This document shows, one piece after another, positions 61,607-64,000 of a stretch of 64,000 nt of DNA. The stretch lies in assembly GCF_910586915.1 (NCBI RefSeq), contig NZ_CAJULN010000009.1, forward strand, positions 3,754 through 67,753, written 5' to 3'. The position numbers and the translations under genes are program-made. Under the pieces are notes generated by a model that was not told the DNA's origin, did no database searches, and saw only the letters and a list, made by a program, of their open reading frames with translations. The stretch is from an uncultured Bacteroides sp. (lineage in GTDB: Bacteria; Bacteroidota; Bacteroidia; Bacteroidales; Bacteroidaceae). Positions within the stretch are counted from its first letter, which is position 1, and every line of letters starts with the position of its first letter.

Positions 61607-62902
61607 TTATTCATCGTGCAAGGCTTCGGCAGGAAGAGTACGGCTTATTCTGTAAGCAGGAATAAAAACTCCAAGCAAGACAACGGCGAGAATGACAACA
61701 TAGACAATGAAGGAGACGGCTATATAATGTAGCCAGAAATTATTAATCCAAAGCGAAGGAACTAAAGAACCACGTTCATACCAGTTTCCTACCGACAGCC
61801 CGTATTGCAAATAAATCAGACAGCCGACCAACCAGGCAAACGAAGCCAATAAAGCAGCTTCACCCATCAACAGCCTACGTATGTTGCCGGGCGTTGCCCC
61901 ATAGCTCAGCATGATTCCCACTTCCCCGCGGCGGCTATTGGTCTGAAGCCAAAAGGCACCGGTAACCCCTAACGCCAAATTGATAAGGAAGAAAAGAGCC
62001 AATATCAGATTCATCCGATATTTATTGGTGACACCCGAACGGTATTCCAGCATTTCCAACTGTTGCCGGTAATTAGAAACGTTACGGACATACAGATTGC
62101 CGGCTTTCAGATGACTGCTTGCCCATGTACGAAAATCATGCAGGAACAGTTGTTCGGAAACATCGGGACGCAGGCGAATCAGAAAATAACCGTCGCGCAA
62201 TACATCTTCCGAACAAATGGATAGTTGCGGCTCGAAAAACGAATACATCCCCTGTTCGTAAGTGCGGAAACGTACTTTCCCTACCACCCCCTTTATCGGG
62301 CAGACGGTGGTATCCTCCGCATTGAAGTAGTTTTGATACAACCGCTTTCCGGTCAGCCTGCCCATCTTCGGCAACTCGTGTAAAAGGTCGGCAGACACTA
62401 CAAGGTCATTGTTCTGATAGTCGGCTTCGTCCAACTCCTTCAATGTCTTTCCTTCATACGCCTTGAAACCAAATGTCTCAAAAAATCCGGTATGGGGTAT
62501 AAAATAAGAGAGAGAGGCATTCAAAGAGAGTGTGTCGTACTTATAAGTATTGGAACAGCTTCCACCCGAACCCGGAAAGGCAAAAGTAACGAGCGGCGCC
62601 GCACTCCGCACACCTGGGTAATCACGCAATTTGTGCAGCATACGAAACATATTTTCCATTGTATGAAGAGAGTCCGACTCCTCTTCGCTATAACCGGGAT
62701 CGGAGGAGGGCAAACTGCCGATAGAGGCAATCAGCAATCCGTCGGGGTCGTATCCTAAAGGCAACGCCCGGTTGTAACTTAATACAAAGAGAGGATCGGT
62801 GATGTACCAAGTCAAGACGGTAACCAATATCAGTTCGGCAAGCAACCATGCATTCCGCACTCTCCGCGCCCAAAGATTTTTTCGTATAAGTTTCAGCATC
62901 AT
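61607..62902 (-). CDS. MacB/FtsX-type ABC permease
   Basis: N-terminal TM, periplasmic domain, RRGEVGIMLSYGA, PAEALHDE. Confidence 0.87.
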   Translation of the reverse strand: MMLKLIRKNLWARRVRNAWLLAELILVTVLTWYITDPLFVLSYNRALPLGYDPDGLLIASIGSLPSSDPGYSEEESDSLHTMENMFRMLHKLRDYPGVRSAAPLVTFAFPGSGGSCSNTYKYDTLSLNASLSYFIPHTGFFETFGFKAYEGKTLKELDEADYQNNDLVVSADLLHELPKMGRLTGKRLYQNYFNAEDTTVCPIKGVVGKVRFRTYEQGMYSFFEPQLSICSEDVLRDGYFLIRLRPDVSEQLFLHDFRTWASSHLKAGNLYVRNVSNYRQQLEMLEYRSGVTNKYRMNLILALFFLINLALGVTGAFWLQTNSRRGEVGIMLSYGATPGNIRRLLMGEAALLASFAWLVGCLIYLQYGLSVGNWYERGSLVPSLWINNFWLHYIAVSFIVYVVILAVVLLGVFIPAYRISRTLPAEALHDE

Positions 62903-62921
62903 AATCTAAATTTTTACATAC

Positions 62922-64000
62922 TTATTTCTGTTCATTCAGCGATTCAACAATCGGATGGTTTAAGGCATTCCATGCAGGTATCAGTGCTGATATCAAATTC
63001 AGCAACAGGCAGAACAAGGCCGCCACTGCAAAGACCGTCGGAGCAAACAACATATCTACTCCCATTCCCAAATCCGCTCCTTCGGGTGGAATGAGGGGAA
63101 ATGGTTCAAACAGGCTGAATATCGTATGTCCAGCCCAAGTCAGTACAATCCAAGCTATTATCAGCCCGAAAGCTGTCCCCAAGCCGGTAAGCAGCAGATT
63201 CTCGCCGATAATCTGCACCAGCAACCGGCTGCGGGAAGCTCCGAAGGCCTTGCATACTCCCAGGTCGGGCAACTGGCGTTGCACGCGGGCGGAAATCATA
63301 CCACCCAAATTGAAAGCCGGAACGAATAGCAAGACCATGAAGACACCGACAAACGTCCATATGACCTTGCCCCAATCGATACTGGTATCTCTTTCATACC
63401 GAAACACTCTCTGCCAATAAGGTTCGGGCTGTTCCGTCAAATCCAACTTCCAGCCCTCACCCGTATCCGATGCATTGAATTTGCGGACAAGTTCCTGCAC
63501 TTCGTCTCGCACATCGGCCGTGCTTGCCGACTCTTTCAGCAACAGATAAACACTATAATGTCCCAGGGCCCAGTGCATCCCTGCCTTATCATATCCGTCG
63601 CGGCAACTGTAAGGAAGATATACCTGCGCATAGGAGTCGGGCGTAAGAAAACTGCCGCTCCTTACCACTCCCGCCACTTTCACATCGGTATAGTCCAACA
63701 AGAAGGTTCGGCCTACCACCCCTTTGGCTGTCCCGAAAAGTTGTTGCGCATAAGTGTCGGTCAGTACTACATTGGGGAGGCCACTGCGGCGATCGGCTTC
63801 GGTAAACGGTTTTCCTTCGAGAAAGACCAAAGGAAAGACACGGAAAAAATGTTCGTCCGTATATCTTGCATACGTGGGCAGTTCTTCCTTGCCGTTTGTC
63901 ACCCGTGCATAGCGCGTGCCGCTTACGCCCGTACACGCCTCCACACTCTTCAATGAATAAAACCATTCTTTCAACATTGCATAACTAACGCCGGAAGAAT
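62922..64000 (-). CDS. MacB/FtsX-type ABC permease (5' end outside the window)
   Basis: VPAFNLGGM, DLGVCKAFGA and PIVESLN motifs; lacks the N-terminal TM, so the true start lies beyond 64000. Confidence 0.85.
   Translation of the reverse strand, partial: SSGVSYAMLKEWFYSLKSVEACTGVSGTRYARVTNGKEELPTYARYTDEHFFRVFPLVFLEGKPFTEADRRSGLPNVVLTDTYAQQLFGTAKGVVGRTFLLDYTDVKVAGVVRSGSFLTPDSYAQVYLPYSCRDGYDKAGMHWALGHYSVYLLLKESASTADVRDEVQELVRKFNASDTGEGWKLDLTEQPEPYWQRVFRYERDTSIDWGKVIWTFVGVFMVLLFVPAFNLGGMISARVQRQLPDLGVCKAFGASRSRLLVQIIGENLLLTGLGTAFGLIIAWIVLTWAGHTIFSLFEPFPLIPPEGADLGMGVDMLFAPTVFAVAALFCLLLNLISALIPAWNALNHPIVESLNEQK

Overview
Core-chromosome window from a Bacteroides-type (Bacteroidota) genome, judged from TAnnTTTG (-7) promoters and gene content. 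In order: hexuronate operon (LacI regulator, uxuB-like SDR, uxuA, truncated at the left edge); MFS and DUF4421-like genes; biotin operon (BioB-BioA fusion, bioF, bioG-like esterase, bioC, bioD); lactate permease; a sigma54-driven TolC/adaptor/MacB-type ABC export operon with a divergent NtrC-family two-component system; housekeeping genes; a stand-alone PL8 lyase; an OmpR-type two-component system; a cobalamin-riboswitch btuB-btuG(H)-btuJ locus; tryptophanase-family lyase; mutY-ssb-gldE-PPTase; HU, an unannotated 30-aa bS22-like ORF and RNase G; and a second NtrC-family system with TolC/ABC permeases (truncated at the right edge). I found no CRISPR array, tRNA/rRNA, phage, integrase or transposase. 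The most unusual signals are: (1) a 63-aa basic/aromatic leader on BioB that may be an undescribed regulatory module; (2) several intergenic modules with strict 22-bp periodicity, including a three-copy family ending in an IHF-like box, one copy nested in a perfect 36-bp inverted repeat; (3) a ~70-nt promoter-to-terminator sRNA candidate complementary to translation starts; (4) readable cis-regulatory architectures (sigma54 promoter with enhancer palindromes, riboswitch terminator/antiterminator). Family assignments come from motif recognition, not database searches.
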